Positions 20,841-31,128 of a stretch of 64,000 bases of DNA are shown piece after piece. Each line of letters starts with the position of its first letter. The first letter of the stretch is position 1. The DNA is from Trueperaceae bacterium (GTDB taxonomy: Bacteria; Deinococcota; Deinococci; Deinococcales; Trueperaceae): NCBI GenBank assembly GCA_965213705.1, contig OZ243913.1, positions 1,792,001 to 1,856,000 of the forward strand, read 5' to 3'. Under the pieces are notes generated by a model. It made no database searches, was not told where the DNA came from, and was given only the letters and a program-made list of their open reading frames with translations. Both the position numbers and the translations under genes were made by a program.

Positions 20841-21341
20841 TCAGAAATTTTCGTCGTCCCACAGGTCGGCTTTTGACAGCGCTTCTTTCACCACGTCGCC
20901 GGTAAAGCCGCGCCGCGCCAAGTAAGCGTAGGCCTTGGCGCGGTTTTTGCGGGGGTCGTCCTTTTGAAAGCGCCAAGCGTTTTTCTCGAGCAATACTGTC
21001 GCCGCCTCGACTTGGCCCGCCAGCTCCAAGGGCTCCAAAGTTTTGTCGACAACCTCTTCCGCTACGCCCTTTTGGTACAGGTCGCGGCGCAGGGCAATGC
21101 GGCCCTTTTGTTTTTGGCGGCTGCGCACGTAGGCTTCGGCGAACGCTTCGTCGTCGACGAAGTGCAAGTCCTCGAGTCTCAGCATCACCCGCTCGACGAC
21201 CTCGGCTTCGGCCTCTTTTTTGACGAGCTTTTCGCGTAGCTGCGCTCTCGTGTAAGACTTGCGGCCCAGCAACCACAAGACGTAGTTCCAACTGCGTTCG
21301 TAGGTGTAGGGCTTGCTCGGTTTGCGCTTTTGCCAGGCCAC
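20841..21341 (-). CDS. recX: Regulatory protein RecX
   Basis: LLGRKSYTRAQLREKL, VDDEAFA, L.QKGV, YLARRGF. Confidence 0.9.
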   Translation of the reverse strand: MAWQKRKPSKPYTYERSWNYVLWLLGRKSYTRAQLREKLVKKEAEAEVVERVMLRLEDLHFVDDEAFAEAYVRSRQKQKGRIALRRDLYQKGVAEEVVDKTLEPLELAGQVEAATVLLEKNAWRFQKDDPRKNRAKAYAYLARRGFTGDVVKEALSKADLWDDENF

Positions 21342-21403
21342 ATGTCCATTTTACCGCGCGTACACCCGCCTTGAAACGTCCCAGGCTGCGTTATGCTGGG
21401 CGG

Positions 21404-22336
21404 GTGACGGTAGCGAAAGCATCTTTAGAGGAACGTTTTTTGGCGCAGGAGGAGCGCGCGCTGGCGCGGGCGATTACGCTGCTCGAGGCCGGCCGGGATG
21501 AGGGGCAAACCCTCCTTAAAAATGTCAGGGCGAGGGGCGGGCGCGCTCGAGTCGTCGGCGTGACGGGGTCGCCCGGCAGCGGCAAGAGCACCCTGGTCGA
21601 CAAGCTCATCGGCGTGGCGCGGGGGCGCGGTTTGAGGGTCGCCGTGGTCGCCATCGACCCGACGAGCCCCTACAGCGGCGGCGCGATTCTGGGCGACCGC
21701 ATCCGCATGGGTCGCTGGCACTTGGACGACCACGTCTTCATCCGCTCGATGGCGACGCGCGGGCACCTGGGCGGCCTCGCCGCGGCCAGCTTGCAGGTTG
21801 TGGCGCTCCTGGACGCTTTCGGCTTCGACCTGGTGTTTATCGAAACCGTGGGCGTCGGCCAGTCCGAGGTGGACGTTGTGAAGGTCGCGGACACCACGCT
21901 CCTCATCCTTACACCCGGCCAGGGCGACGGGGTGCAGGCGTTCAAGGCGGGCATCATGGAGATTGCCGACGTGTTCGCCATAAACAAGTTCGACTTACCC
22001 GGCGGGCCGCGCTTGAAGCGCGAAATCAAGGCAGCCCTGGAACTCGGCCACGCCCACGACGAGGACTGGTGGCCGCCGATTCAAGCGACGACGGCGTCGG
22101 AAGACGAGGGCGTCACCGAGCTGTTCGCGCAACTGGACGCACACTTCGACTACTTGGAAACGTCGGGCAAGTTGGCGGCGCGCAAGCGGGCGCGGGCGCG
22201 TTTTGAGATTACCGCCCTTCTCACCGAAGCCCTGCGGCACGCGCTGAGCGAGCGAGAAGACGCCTTTATCGACGCCGTGTTGCGCGGCGAAACGACGCCT
22301 GCCGAGGCCGTCAGGACGCTGCTCTCGAGCCTGTGA
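21404..22336 (+). CDS. meaB: Methylmalonyl-CoA mutase-associated GTPase MeaB/ArgK
   Basis: GVTGSPGSGKST, DPTSPYSGGAILGDRIRM, ETVGVGQSE, KAGIMEIAD. Confidence 0.92.
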   Translation: MTVAKASLEERFLAQEERALARAITLLEAGRDEGQTLLKNVRARGGRARVVGVTGSPGSGKSTLVDKLIGVARGRGLRVAVVAIDPTSPYSGGAILGDRIRMGRWHLDDHVFIRSMATRGHLGGLAAASLQVVALLDAFGFDLVFIETVGVGQSEVDVVKVADTTLLILTPGQGDGVQAFKAGIMEIADVFAINKFDLPGGPRLKREIKAALELGHAHDEDWWPPIQATTASEDEGVTELFAQLDAHFDYLETSGKLAARKRARARFEITALLTEALRHALSEREDAFIDAVLRGETTPAEAVRTLLSSL

Positions 22337-22340
22337 TTGA

Positions 22341-22883
<543 letters not shown>

Positions 22884-23020
22884 TTAAAGGCCGACGCCTC
22901 GGTCGGAGGTTGGGGCGAGGTGCGCGCGGCACCGGCCCGCTTTGCTCTAAAACGAGATGCTCTAAAACGAGACGAGGGGGGCGTCACGGCGGAGCTTCGA
23001 ACCCAGTTGGGAGGAAAACC

Positions 23021-23224
23021 ATGCCTTACGTCAACATCAAAATCACTCGAGAAGGTGCCACAGCGGCGCAAAAAGCGGCGCTCATCAAGGGGACGACGCA
23101 ACTTTTGGCCGACATCCTCGGCAAAAATCCCGCGACGACCGTGGTGGTCATCGAAGAAGTCGACACCGACAACTGGGGCATCGCCGGCGAAACGGTGACC
23201 GAAAGGCGCAACCAGGGCCGTTAG
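23021..23224 (+). CDS. 4-oxalocrotonate tautomerase family protein
   Basis: Catalytic Pro1 (MPYVNIK), EEVDTDNWGIAG; GGAGG RBS. Confidence 0.9.
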   Translation: MPYVNIKITREGATAAQKAALIKGTTQLLADILGKNPATTVVVIEEVDTDNWGIAGETVTERRNQGR

Positions 23225-23601
23225 CTGTCGTTTTGAGCTGGATGGGCCTCGAGCACGACCACCGCCGCCGCGTAGTTGCGTTCGTTGGTAAGGCTCAAGT
23301 GGGCGCTCAAGTTGCGCCGCGTCATTTCGGCGGCGATGGCTTCGGCAAAGTGGAGTTTGGGCTTGACGCCGTCCATCTCGACCCACACGTCTTGCCAACC
23401 GTGGTTTTCGAACCAGCATTTTTGAAACGCCTCTTTGGCCGCAAAACGCGCGCCGATTGACGGCAGCGGGTCGGCCTTGGCGCGACAATAGAGAATTTCT
23501 TCGGGTGTGAAGTGCCGGTACAACAGCCGCTCCGGGTGGCGCTGCCAGATGTCTTTGATGCGCTTGAGTTCGACGATGTCGATGCCGACGGCGACAATCA
23601 C
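23221..23601 (-). CDS. acpS: Holo-ACP synthase (4'-phosphopantetheinyl transferase)
   Basis: VAVGIDIVE, ARFAAKEAFQK, HLSLT. Confidence 0.9.
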   Translation of the reverse strand: MIVAVGIDIVELKRIKDIWQRHPERLLYRHFTPEEILYCRAKADPLPSIGARFAAKEAFQKCWFENHGWQDVWVEMDGVKPKLHFAEAIAAEMTRRNLSAHLSLTNERNYAAAVVVLEAHPAQNDS

Positions 23602-24302
23602 GGCGTAAGTCTCGAAGGCGGTGCCCGGAACGTGAGCACCTCGTCGGCGGTGGCTATGTAAGCGAGTGCGGCCATGCCCAAGAATAACCCGTGTTCGACG
23701 ACGCCGGGCACCCCCGACAAGGCGGCGGCGAGCGCGTACACGTCGTGTCGTCGCTCGGTGTAGCAGTCCAGGATGTAGTTGCCGTTGTCGGTCACAAAGG
23801 CTTGTCCCTCTGCCTCGCGGCGGCTCGGGCGGCAACCCAACGCGCCGAGGTGTTTGGCCGTCGCCTGCCAGGCGAAAACTACCACTTCGACCGGAACGGG
23901 GGCGCGCTCGCCCAGGTAAGCGACGCGCTTCGTTTCGTCGCCGACGAGGATGAGGGTGGCGGCGCAGGTCTCGACGATTTTCTCGCGCGTGAGCGCGCCG
24001 CCCAATCCTTTGACGGCGTTCAGGTGCGGGTCGAGTTCGTCCATGCCGTCGATGGCTAAGTCGAGGCTTTGGCCGGTGAACTCGAGCACCGGAATACCGC
24101 AACGCGTCGCCAGCGCGCCACTCGCCTCGGAGGTGACGACCGCGCGCACGCCGCGCACGCGCCCCTCGGCCAGCGCCGCGCCCAGCCCCTCTATCGCGTA
24201 CCTGGCCGTGCTGCCCGTACCGAGGCCGACGAGCATCCCGCTTTCGACGTGGTTCAGGGCGGTCAGCGCCGCCCGTTTTTTGAGGGTTTCCAAGTCGGCC
24301 AT
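23598..24302 (-). CDS. rpiA: Ribose-5-phosphate isomerase A
   Basis: GLGTGST, IDGMDE, KGLGGALTREK, TDNGNYILD, PGVVEHGLF. Confidence 0.95.
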   Translation of the reverse strand: MADLETLKKRAALTALNHVESGMLVGLGTGSTARYAIEGLGAALAEGRVRGVRAVVTSEASGALATRCGIPVLEFTGQSLDLAIDGMDELDPHLNAVKGLGGALTREKIVETCAATLILVGDETKRVAYLGERAPVPVEVVVFAWQATAKHLGALGCRPSRREAEGQAFVTDNGNYILDCYTERRHDVYALAAALSGVPGVVEHGLFLGMAALAYIATADEVLTFRAPPSRLTP

Positions 24303-24310
24303 TTTGAGTC

Positions 24311-24772
24311 TCAGGCTTTGAGGTCCAGCAACTTTTGGCGTACCGCGTCGGCGTGGCCTTCGGCCTTGACGTCGTACATCGCCTCGGCCACGTCTCCTTC
24401 GGGGTCGATGATAAAGGTCGCGCGCAACACGCCCTCGTAGGTCTTGCCGGAAAAGGTTTTCTCGCCGTACGCGCCGTAGGCCTTGGCGACCGCCGCGTCT
24501 TCGTCGACAGCCAAGGGAAAAGGGAGGCTGTACTTCGCCTCGAACTTGCCGTGGGACTTTAAGTTGTCCGCGGACACCCCGACGACGTGCGCGCCCAAGC
24601 CCGGCAGCGCGTCGCGGAACTCGCACGCCTCTTTGGTGCAGCCGGGCGTGTCGTCTTTGGGATAAAAGTAGAGCACCACCCACTCGCCCGCGTAGGCTTT
24701 GAGGTCTTGGGTACCTTGGGTAGACTCGAGTTCGAACGGCGGCGCTTTGTCCCCTGCTGTTAAGGTTGCCAT
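24311..24772 (-). CDS. bcp: Peroxiredoxin Bcp
   Basis: YFYPKDDTPGCTKEAC. Confidence 0.92.
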   Translation of the reverse strand: MATLTAGDKAPPFELESTQGTQDLKAYAGEWVVLYFYPKDDTPGCTKEACEFRDALPGLGAHVVGVSADNLKSHGKFEAKYSLPFPLAVDEDAAVAKAYGAYGEKTFSGKTYEGVLRATFIIDPEGDVAEAMYDVKAEGHADAVRQKLLDLKA

Positions 24773-24907
24773 GCTGCAGTTTAACAAACAGTCCGGCAAA
24801 AAGCGTCCAGCGACCGAGGTTTTGCGCGCAGGGGCTTTGCGTGCAGGGGTTGCGGGCACTTTGGGCGTCGTCACGTTTCGCCCTCAACGAACGCACGCGT
24901 TACACTT

Positions 24908-25498
24908 ATGAACGTGGTCTCTTCTTCAAACATACGCGTCGTCCTCGCCAGCGGCTCCCCGCGGCGGCGAGAGTTGTTGCGGGGCTTGAACGTGGTGTTT
25001 GACGTCGTTCCCGCCGACGTCGACGAAACGGCGGTGCCGGGTGAGACGCCCGAAGCGCTCGTCGAGCGACTGAGCCTGGCGAAAGCCGAGGCGGTCGCGG
25101 TCGCACACGCCGGCGCGCTCATTATCGCCGCCGACACGGTCGTCGCGCTGGACGGTGACATACTGGGCAAACCGAGGGATGCAGCGGAGAACGAACACTT
25201 TATAAGGCGCTTGGCCGACCGAACCCACCACGTACACACCGGGCACGCGCTCGTCTACCGGGGACGTGTCGACGTGACGGTGAAATGCACTGAAGTTACG
25301 TTCCGCGCCCTGAGCGAACAAGAAGTCGAGGCTTATGTAGCGACCGGCGAAGGCCTGGACAAGGCCGGGGGCTACGCTATTCAAGGCTACGGGGCGGCCC
25401 TGGTTCCTCACCTAAAGGGTTGCTATTTCAACGTGGTCGGTTTGAGTGTGGCGACCCTGGTCGAACGGGCCGCCGCGTTGGGCGTGCGACTTGTCTAG
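24908..25498 (+). CDS. maf: Maf family nucleoside triphosphate pyrophosphatase
   Basis: LASGSPRRRELL, IAADTVV, LGKP, DKAGGYAIQG. Confidence 0.92.
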   Translation: MNVVSSSNIRVVLASGSPRRRELLRGLNVVFDVVPADVDETAVPGETPEALVERLSLAKAEAVAVAHAGALIIAADTVVALDGDILGKPRDAAENEHFIRRLADRTHHVHTGHALVYRGRVDVTVKCTEVTFRALSEQEVEAYVATGEGLDKAGGYAIQGYGAALVPHLKGCYFNVVGLSVATLVERAAALGVRLV

Positions 25499-26273
25499 CT
25501 TGCTGCGCGCTTGGTACGTGTTTTTGGCCCTGGGGCTGGTCACTTTTATGTTTACCGCTTTTATCGGCCGGGTACCCTACGTCCTGACGAGCGCCGTTGC
25601 GCCGCCGACGCAGCTTTTTTACCGGGTGGGTGTGTCGCTGCGCGACGCCGCCGCGAGCGTGGTCGACCGCCGTGACTTGCGCACCGAAAACGCCACCCTG
25701 AGCGCGCGTTTGGCGGCTTTGCAAACTCGGAACCGGGCGCTCGAGATAGACGTACAGCGGCTGCAAGACCTCTTGAAAGTGCGTGAGGTGCAGAGTCCGG
25801 GCGCGGTGTTGAGCGCTCCGGTGCTGGAGGTGAGTCCGAGCCCGCTCGTGCGGCGCGTAACCCTGGCGAAGGGTTCGGCCGCCGGGGTGGTGCCGAACAT
25901 GCCCGCGACCACCCCGGTTGGTTTGGTCGGCATCGTGACCGACGTGAGCGCGGGGCGGGCCACGGTGCGCGCCGTCACCGACCCCGAGTCGGCGGTCGGG
26001 GTAACGGTGCGCGGTGGCGGTGGGCAAGGTGTCGCGGTGGGCATTCCGGGCGGTTTGGTCCGGGTCGAGGGTTTCAAAGAAGACGAGCCGGTCAAGGTCG
26101 GCGACACGGTCGAGACCAACAGTCGTGGCGGCTTTTTCCCGCGCGGGATTACGGTGGGTACCGTTGTCGAGGTGCCTCCCAGGGACCCCAACGGTCTACG
26201 CATTCAGTTCACCGTGCGCCCGGCGGTCGACGCGACCTTGCTGACCGACGTCGTGCTGCTCGAGCCCCTATAG
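25491..26273 (+). CDS. mreC: Rod shape-determining protein MreC
   Basis: N-terminal TM, coiled coil LRTENATL, KGS..GV, GLVG, GD.V.T..GG.FP.GI.VG; start approximate. Confidence 0.85.
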   Translation: MSSLLRAWYVFLALGLVTFMFTAFIGRVPYVLTSAVAPPTQLFYRVGVSLRDAAASVVDRRDLRTENATLSARLAALQTRNRALEIDVQRLQDLLKVREVQSPGAVLSAPVLEVSPSPLVRRVTLAKGSAAGVVPNMPATTPVGLVGIVTDVSAGRATVRAVTDPESAVGVTVRGGGGQGVAVGIPGGLVRVEGFKEDEPVKVGDTVETNSRGGFFPRGITVGTVVEVPPRDPNGLRIQFTVRPAVDATLLTDVVLLEPL

Positions 26274-26579
26274 AAACTCCTGTAACGAGCACCCCGTAAC
26301 GAATGCCCCACAACAAACAGTGTTTCCACTCAACACCGAGACGCAGAGCCGAGACGACCGCACCGAAACGACCGAACGGGCAGCCTCGTTTTCGCGTCCG
26401 CCTGCGCGGGTTTGAAAAGCGCCGCAAGCGCGTAAAGGTGCTCCGGGCTCAAAAAGTAGCTGCGAGGTTCGGTTTACGCTTCACCTTATTCTCGCTCGCC
26501 GGCCTTTTTACGCTGGAGCCTGTTTACACCGAAGCAACTTTTCACAAAACGTTCAGTTGTCAGGCTGTAAGCTGTAGCC

Positions 26580-27653
26580 GTGGAGGACGCAGCCCCCGCT
26601 CGAGGCTCTTTGACGGACGGTGTCAGGTGGCGGACCTACCAGCTTATCTTCGTCGTGACCGCGGTAGGTATGGTGCCTTTGATAGTGGCAGGCCAGGACT
26701 ACCGCTGGGAGACGGTCGGCGTCCTCGTCTTTGTGTGTGTGGGCTTCTCGGGGTTGGCCGTGGCTCAGGGCGTGGTGCGCCGGGTATCGTTTTTTATCGA
26801 GCGGTTCGGGTTGGCGCTGGCGGTGTCGCTCTACCTCGCTCGTTACGTGCAGGTCTTGAGCGGCGTCGCCGCGGGTCGTTACCCGAGCGAGGCCTTGGCC
26901 GACATGTTTCCCTGGGTCGCCGTCGTTCTTACCGCCGTCTTCGTCGTGCTGCCCTTGAACCGGGCTTTGGTCTGGGCCGTTTTGCTGCTGGCTTTCGTTT
27001 CGGTCTTCGGCTTTGCCGTTTTGCCGAACGGCGAACCCGTCAAGGGGTTCGAGCCGATGGTCGACCTCACCGTGTCGGGGGCGGTGATGATTTTGCTCCT
27101 GTCGATGTTTCGCCGCCTCGTCGAAGCGGGCGCGCGCGCCGAGGCCAAGGCCGAGGCGCTGGCAGAACTCGCCAACCGCGACAGCCTGACCGGGCTCTAC
27201 AACCGGCGCTACCTGGACCAAAAGCTCGCTGAGGAGTTCAAACGGGCGACTCGCTACGGCCGTCCTTTGAGCGTGGCGGTCTGCGATATCGACCGTTTCA
27301 AAAGTGTGAACGACCGCTTGTCGCACTCTGTCGGCGACCGTACCCTGCAACAGGTCGCCCGGCTCATCCGCGCCAACACCCGCGACGTCGACGTCGCGGC
27401 GCGTTACGGCGGTGAAGAGTTCGTTATTCTTTTTGTCGAGACGCCCAAACCCGACGCCGTGCAGATTTGCAACGTGCTGTGCGAGCTTATCGAGGCTTAC
27501 GCTTGGCACGAACTGCACCCCGACCTGGCGGTGACCGTCAGCATCGGCGTGGCCGCCGAGACGAACCCCGAGAACTTTGAGAAGTTGTTGCACCGCGCCG
27601 ACCTCAACTTGTACGAGGCCAAACGGCGGGGCAGAAACCGTGTGGTCCATTGA
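26580..27653 (+). CDS. Membrane-bound diguanylate cyclase
   Basis: TM region; DSLTGLYNRR, DIDRFKSVND, RDVD I-site, ARYGGEEF. Confidence 0.92.
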   Translation: MEDAAPARGSLTDGVRWRTYQLIFVVTAVGMVPLIVAGQDYRWETVGVLVFVCVGFSGLAVAQGVVRRVSFFIERFGLALAVSLYLARYVQVLSGVAAGRYPSEALADMFPWVAVVLTAVFVVLPLNRALVWAVLLLAFVSVFGFAVLPNGEPVKGFEPMVDLTVSGAVMILLLSMFRRLVEAGARAEAKAEALAELANRDSLTGLYNRRYLDQKLAEEFKRATRYGRPLSVAVCDIDRFKSVNDRLSHSVGDRTLQQVARLIRANTRDVDVAARYGGEEFVILFVETPKPDAVQICNVLCELIEAYAWHELHPDLAVTVSIGVAAETNPENFEKLLHRADLNLYEAKRRGRNRVVH

Positions 27654-27771
27654 GCTGGTCCGTTAAACTCTCGGGCGCCGCAGGCGACCGTGAGGCCGGC
27701 TCGCGTCACCTGGACTTGAAACTAAGGTTGCCGAGCGGTGTAGAACTGCTCGAGAAAGGCGGGCCTGAACC

Positions 27772-28467
27772 GTGCGCGTAATCGTCTTCGACGTCAACGA
27801 AACCCTCCTCGACTTAAAAGCGCTCACGCCCGATTTCGCCCGGGTGTTCGGCGCGGGTGAAGCGGCCCAAACCTGGTTCGCGCAACTCCTGCAAAACGCC
27901 CTCGTCGCCACGGTGACCACGACCTATCGCGACTTCGGCGTGCTGGCAGGAGCGGCCCTCGGCACGTTGGCGGAGCAACGCGGCGTGTCGCTGCCGGACG
28001 CGGACAAAAACGCCATCTTGGAGAAGCTGCGCCACTTGCCGCCCCACGACGACGTGCGACCGAGTTTGGAGCGTCTACGCGCGGCGGGTTTTCGCCTGGC
28101 GGCGCTCACCAACTCGCCCTACCGCACCTTGCACGAGCAGCTTGCCAACGCCGGTCTGCGCGACTTGTTCGACGCTACTTTGTCGGTCGACGAGGTCGGG
28201 CTGTTCAAACCTCACCGGAAGGTTTACGAGATGGCGGCGGACCAGCTCGGCGTGGAGCTTGGGAACATCCGCATGGTCGCGGCGCACGCCTGGGACACTA
28301 CCGGGGCGATTCGGGCGGGCTGCAAGGCCGCTTTTTTGGCGCGGCCCGGCAAGGTGTTGGGCGCGTCCGACGAACAACCCGACATCGTCGCCGACACGCT
28401 TTTTGCCGTAGTAGACCGAATTGCCGAGCTGGGCGCGCTCGAGCGCGCCCAGCCGGTCACGCTTTAA
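27772..28467 (+). CDS. Haloacid dehalogenase type II
   Basis: VFDVNETLLD, LTNS, FKP, VAAHAWD. Confidence 0.88.
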   Translation: MRVIVFDVNETLLDLKALTPDFARVFGAGEAAQTWFAQLLQNALVATVTTTYRDFGVLAGAALGTLAEQRGVSLPDADKNAILEKLRHLPPHDDVRPSLERLRAAGFRLAALTNSPYRTLHEQLANAGLRDLFDATLSVDEVGLFKPHRKVYEMAADQLGVELGNIRMVAAHAWDTTGAIRAGCKAAFLARPGKVLGASDEQPDIVADTLFAVVDRIAELGALERAQPVTL

Positions 28468-28786
28468 AAAGCGTTCAGCTGTCGAAGACTTACTTTCCCA
28501 GGCTGTTAGCGCGGCTTTGAGAGCGGCGTGAAAGGACCTTGTCCCGAGCGATACGTCGTGAGGCTGAGAAGACCTGCTGCGAAACGACTTCGAGTCGGAG
28601 GTGTGCGGCCCCTCTCCGACGGCTAAGGACGGGTTTTTGCAGGTTCGACGTCAAGAGTTGTCTTCGCCACTGCCAAATTCCGTTGTTAAAATGGCGTCGG
28701 GTATCATGCAAGTCGGGTTGGGGCTGTCCCGACCCGGTTGCGACCGAGAAAAAGGTGTGAGAACGAAAAAACGTAAGGAGCCAAGC

Positions 28787-29185
28787 GTGGGCATACAAGT
28801 ACAAGTCAACCAGACCGGGCCGACGAGTTCGGAAAGCCTCATTCGGGACCACACGGTGCCCGTCGACCGCCCCGAGGCCAAGGGCGGCGCGGACACGGGC
28901 GCGATGGGCGGCGAGTTGCTGCTGGCGTCTTTGGGCGGCTGTTTCATGAGCACGCTGCTCGCGGCCGTGCAGGCTCGAGCCGCCGACGTGAACAACGTCC
29001 GCGTACAAGTCGAGGGAACTTTGGACGGCAATCCGTCACGCTTTACCGCCATTCACATGACGGTCGCTGCCGACGCGGGCGACAAGGCGCAGTTGGAGAA
29101 GCTGGTCACCATCGCGGAACGTTCTTGCATCGTCGCCAACACGCTCAAAGACGCGCTCGAGTTGTCCGTTACGCTTGACAACTGA
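28787..29185 (+). CDS. OsmC family protein
   Basis: DRP..KGG.DTG, ELLLASLGGC, second Cys in SCIVANTL; AAGGAG RBS. Confidence 0.85.
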   Translation: MGIQVQVNQTGPTSSESLIRDHTVPVDRPEAKGGADTGAMGGELLLASLGGCFMSTLLAAVQARAADVNNVRVQVEGTLDGNPSRFTAIHMTVAADAGDKAQLEKLVTIAERSCIVANTLKDALELSVTLDN

Positions 29186-29307
29186 GCGACGTTCTCACCG
29201 TGTTCAGGTTTGGCAAGATGCCCGGGTTCGAGCTTGCGAGAAGGTCACAGGGGGGATAGGGGCGCGGGTCCGGGCGCGGCGCACCTGCAAATTATGTCGG
29301 GTCGTAC

Positions 29308-29919
29308 ATGTTGAACTTTATCGAGTCCACCCTCAACGCGCTCGGTCACCCGGGTATCGCTTTTTTGATGTTTCTGGAGAATGTTTTCCCGCCTATCCCT
29401 TCCGAAATCATCATGCCGCTGGCGGGTTTCACCGCCGCGTCGGGCGAGTTGTGGTGGTGGGGGGTTGTCGTAGCGGGCACACTGGGTTCACTTTTGGGTC
29501 AGCTACCGCTTTACTACCTGGGCCGGTTCGTCAACGAAAAACGTCTCAAGGGTTGGGCGGACCGTTACGGCAAGTGGCTCGGCCTGACGAGCGACGACGT
29601 CGCCAAGGCCGACGCCTGGTTCGGCCGCCACGGACCCAAAGCGGTGCTGTTTTGCCGCCTGATTCCGGGCGTGCGCTCGCTCATCTCGGTGCCGGCCGGG
29701 ATGAGCGGCATGTCGCTCTTGCCTTTTTTGCTCTACACCTTGGTCGGGACGGCGGTCTGGACGGCGCTGCTCGCCTTTCTGGGCCGCCTGCTCGGGCAAA
29801 ACTACACGGCGGTCGAAAGCTACTTGGGTCCGGTCAGTTACGTCGTTTTGGGCGCGGTCGCGCTGGCCGCCGTTTTTTGGGTGCTGCGCCGCCGAGCGCA
29901 ACGCACCGGGTCGGAGTGA
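29308..29919 (+). CDS. DedA family membrane protein
   Basis: ENVFPPIPSEIIMPLAG, RLIPGVRSLISVPAG. Confidence 0.92.
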   Translation: MLNFIESTLNALGHPGIAFLMFLENVFPPIPSEIIMPLAGFTAASGELWWWGVVVAGTLGSLLGQLPLYYLGRFVNEKRLKGWADRYGKWLGLTSDDVAKADAWFGRHGPKAVLFCRLIPGVRSLISVPAGMSGMSLLPFLLYTLVGTAVWTALLAFLGRLLGQNYTAVESYLGPVSYVVLGAVALAAVFWVLRRRAQRTGSE

Positions 29920-29955
29920 GCTATCAAATACCTTAAATACTTTCTTCACGTCGCC

Positions 29956-30906
29956 GTGTTGGTGGGCGTCGGGCTCGCCGCGGCGCGCTACCTGAACGGC
30001 GAGGAAGTTCTCACCGCCCTCGGAAATTTTGACTATGTCTACGCGCCCTTCGCCCTGTTGTTGTCGGCGACCTACCTGGGTCTCAAAAGCTGGCGCTTCG
30101 TGCTGCTCATGCGGCCCCTGAGTAAAGTGGCGGCCAACCCGATTTTCCGGGGCTACGTGGCCGGTCAAGCGGCGACGCTGCTACCCGGCGGGGTGGCGGC
30201 GCGCGCCGGGTTGATGCGTCAGCTCGGGATTCCGCTGGCCGTGAGCAGCGCGCCGGTCTTGTTCTCGAGCCTGCTCGACCAAGTCGTTTTTATCCTTTGT
30301 TCACTGGTTGCCGCGCTGTGGTTTGAGGCGGCGCGGACGCCCGCCCTCATTCTGGTCGGTGTTTTGGCGGTTTTGGTGCTGGTCTTTCTAGTTCCCGCCA
30401 GTCGCCGTGGGTTGGCGAGGGTGGCGGGTTGGCTCGCCGAGCGCTTCGGGGTGCGTGCGCACTGGCAGAACTTTTTAACGGCGGTCGGTGAGCTGGCGAC
30501 CTGGCGCGTCATGGGGTTGACGCTTCTCGTCACGGTCCTCGCCTTCGCCCTAAAAGTCGTCACGCTCGACCTGTGTTTGCGGGGCGTCGGGGCGGCGCTG
30601 CCTTACCCGACGCTCTTTCTCGCCTATATCTTGCCGACGATGCTGGGGCGGCTGTCGGCCCTGCCGGCGGGCGGGATAGGCGTGACCGAGGCGGGCATGG
30701 TCGGCTTTTTGGCCTCGACTTCGGGGCTTGACCCGGATACGGCGACGGCGGCGGTGGCGGTGTTCCGCATCGCGACCGTCCTGTTTGCAGCGTTGCTCGG
30801 CGCGCTCGTTTACAGTTTCGCCTGGCGCGGCGAGAACGAGCCGCAGGCGCAGCCCCTCAGCGAGGCGGACGTCCCCGCGTCGGGTCGTCGGGCCGAGTCT
30901 CGGTAG
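29956..30906 (+). CDS. Lysylphosphatidylglycerol synthase TM / flippase-like (UPF0104) membrane protein; true start may be ~29923
   Basis: Polytopic; LKSWRF, PAGGIGVTEAG, FRIAT motifs. Confidence 0.78.
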   Translation: MLVGVGLAAARYLNGEEVLTALGNFDYVYAPFALLLSATYLGLKSWRFVLLMRPLSKVAANPIFRGYVAGQAATLLPGGVAARAGLMRQLGIPLAVSSAPVLFSSLLDQVVFILCSLVAALWFEAARTPALILVGVLAVLVLVFLVPASRRGLARVAGWLAERFGVRAHWQNFLTAVGELATWRVMGLTLLVTVLAFALKVVTLDLCLRGVGAALPYPTLFLAYILPTMLGRLSALPAGGIGVTEAGMVGFLASTSGLDPDTATAAVAVFRIATVLFAALLGALVYSFAWRGENEPQAQPLSEADVPASGRRAESR

Positions 30907-31128
30907 CAACGGCCAAGAGCGCGAGCGCCAGGCCGCTGAAGTAAGCGGTCAAAACGAGCAGGTCGCAATGAGCGTGCCACAGCAACGAACCCAGAAAGAC
31001 CGCGCTGAGCGTCAGCGCGGCAGCGACCTGAGTACGCGGCGCGTCCACCGATTCAAGCTAAACTGCAAACGTCACGGCGGCGTCAGCCCGCCAAGGTTGC
31101 AAGCCGACCGGCGCGATTTGGAGGCGGC

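Noticed and set aside
26303..27650. Long alternative-frame and antisense ORFs (e.g. 26303-27232, 26553-27650, 6199-7434, 12740-13849)
   Set aside because: Shadow ORFs typical of high-GC DNA, overlapping well-supported genes, with Arg/Ala/Gly-rich composition and no motifs.
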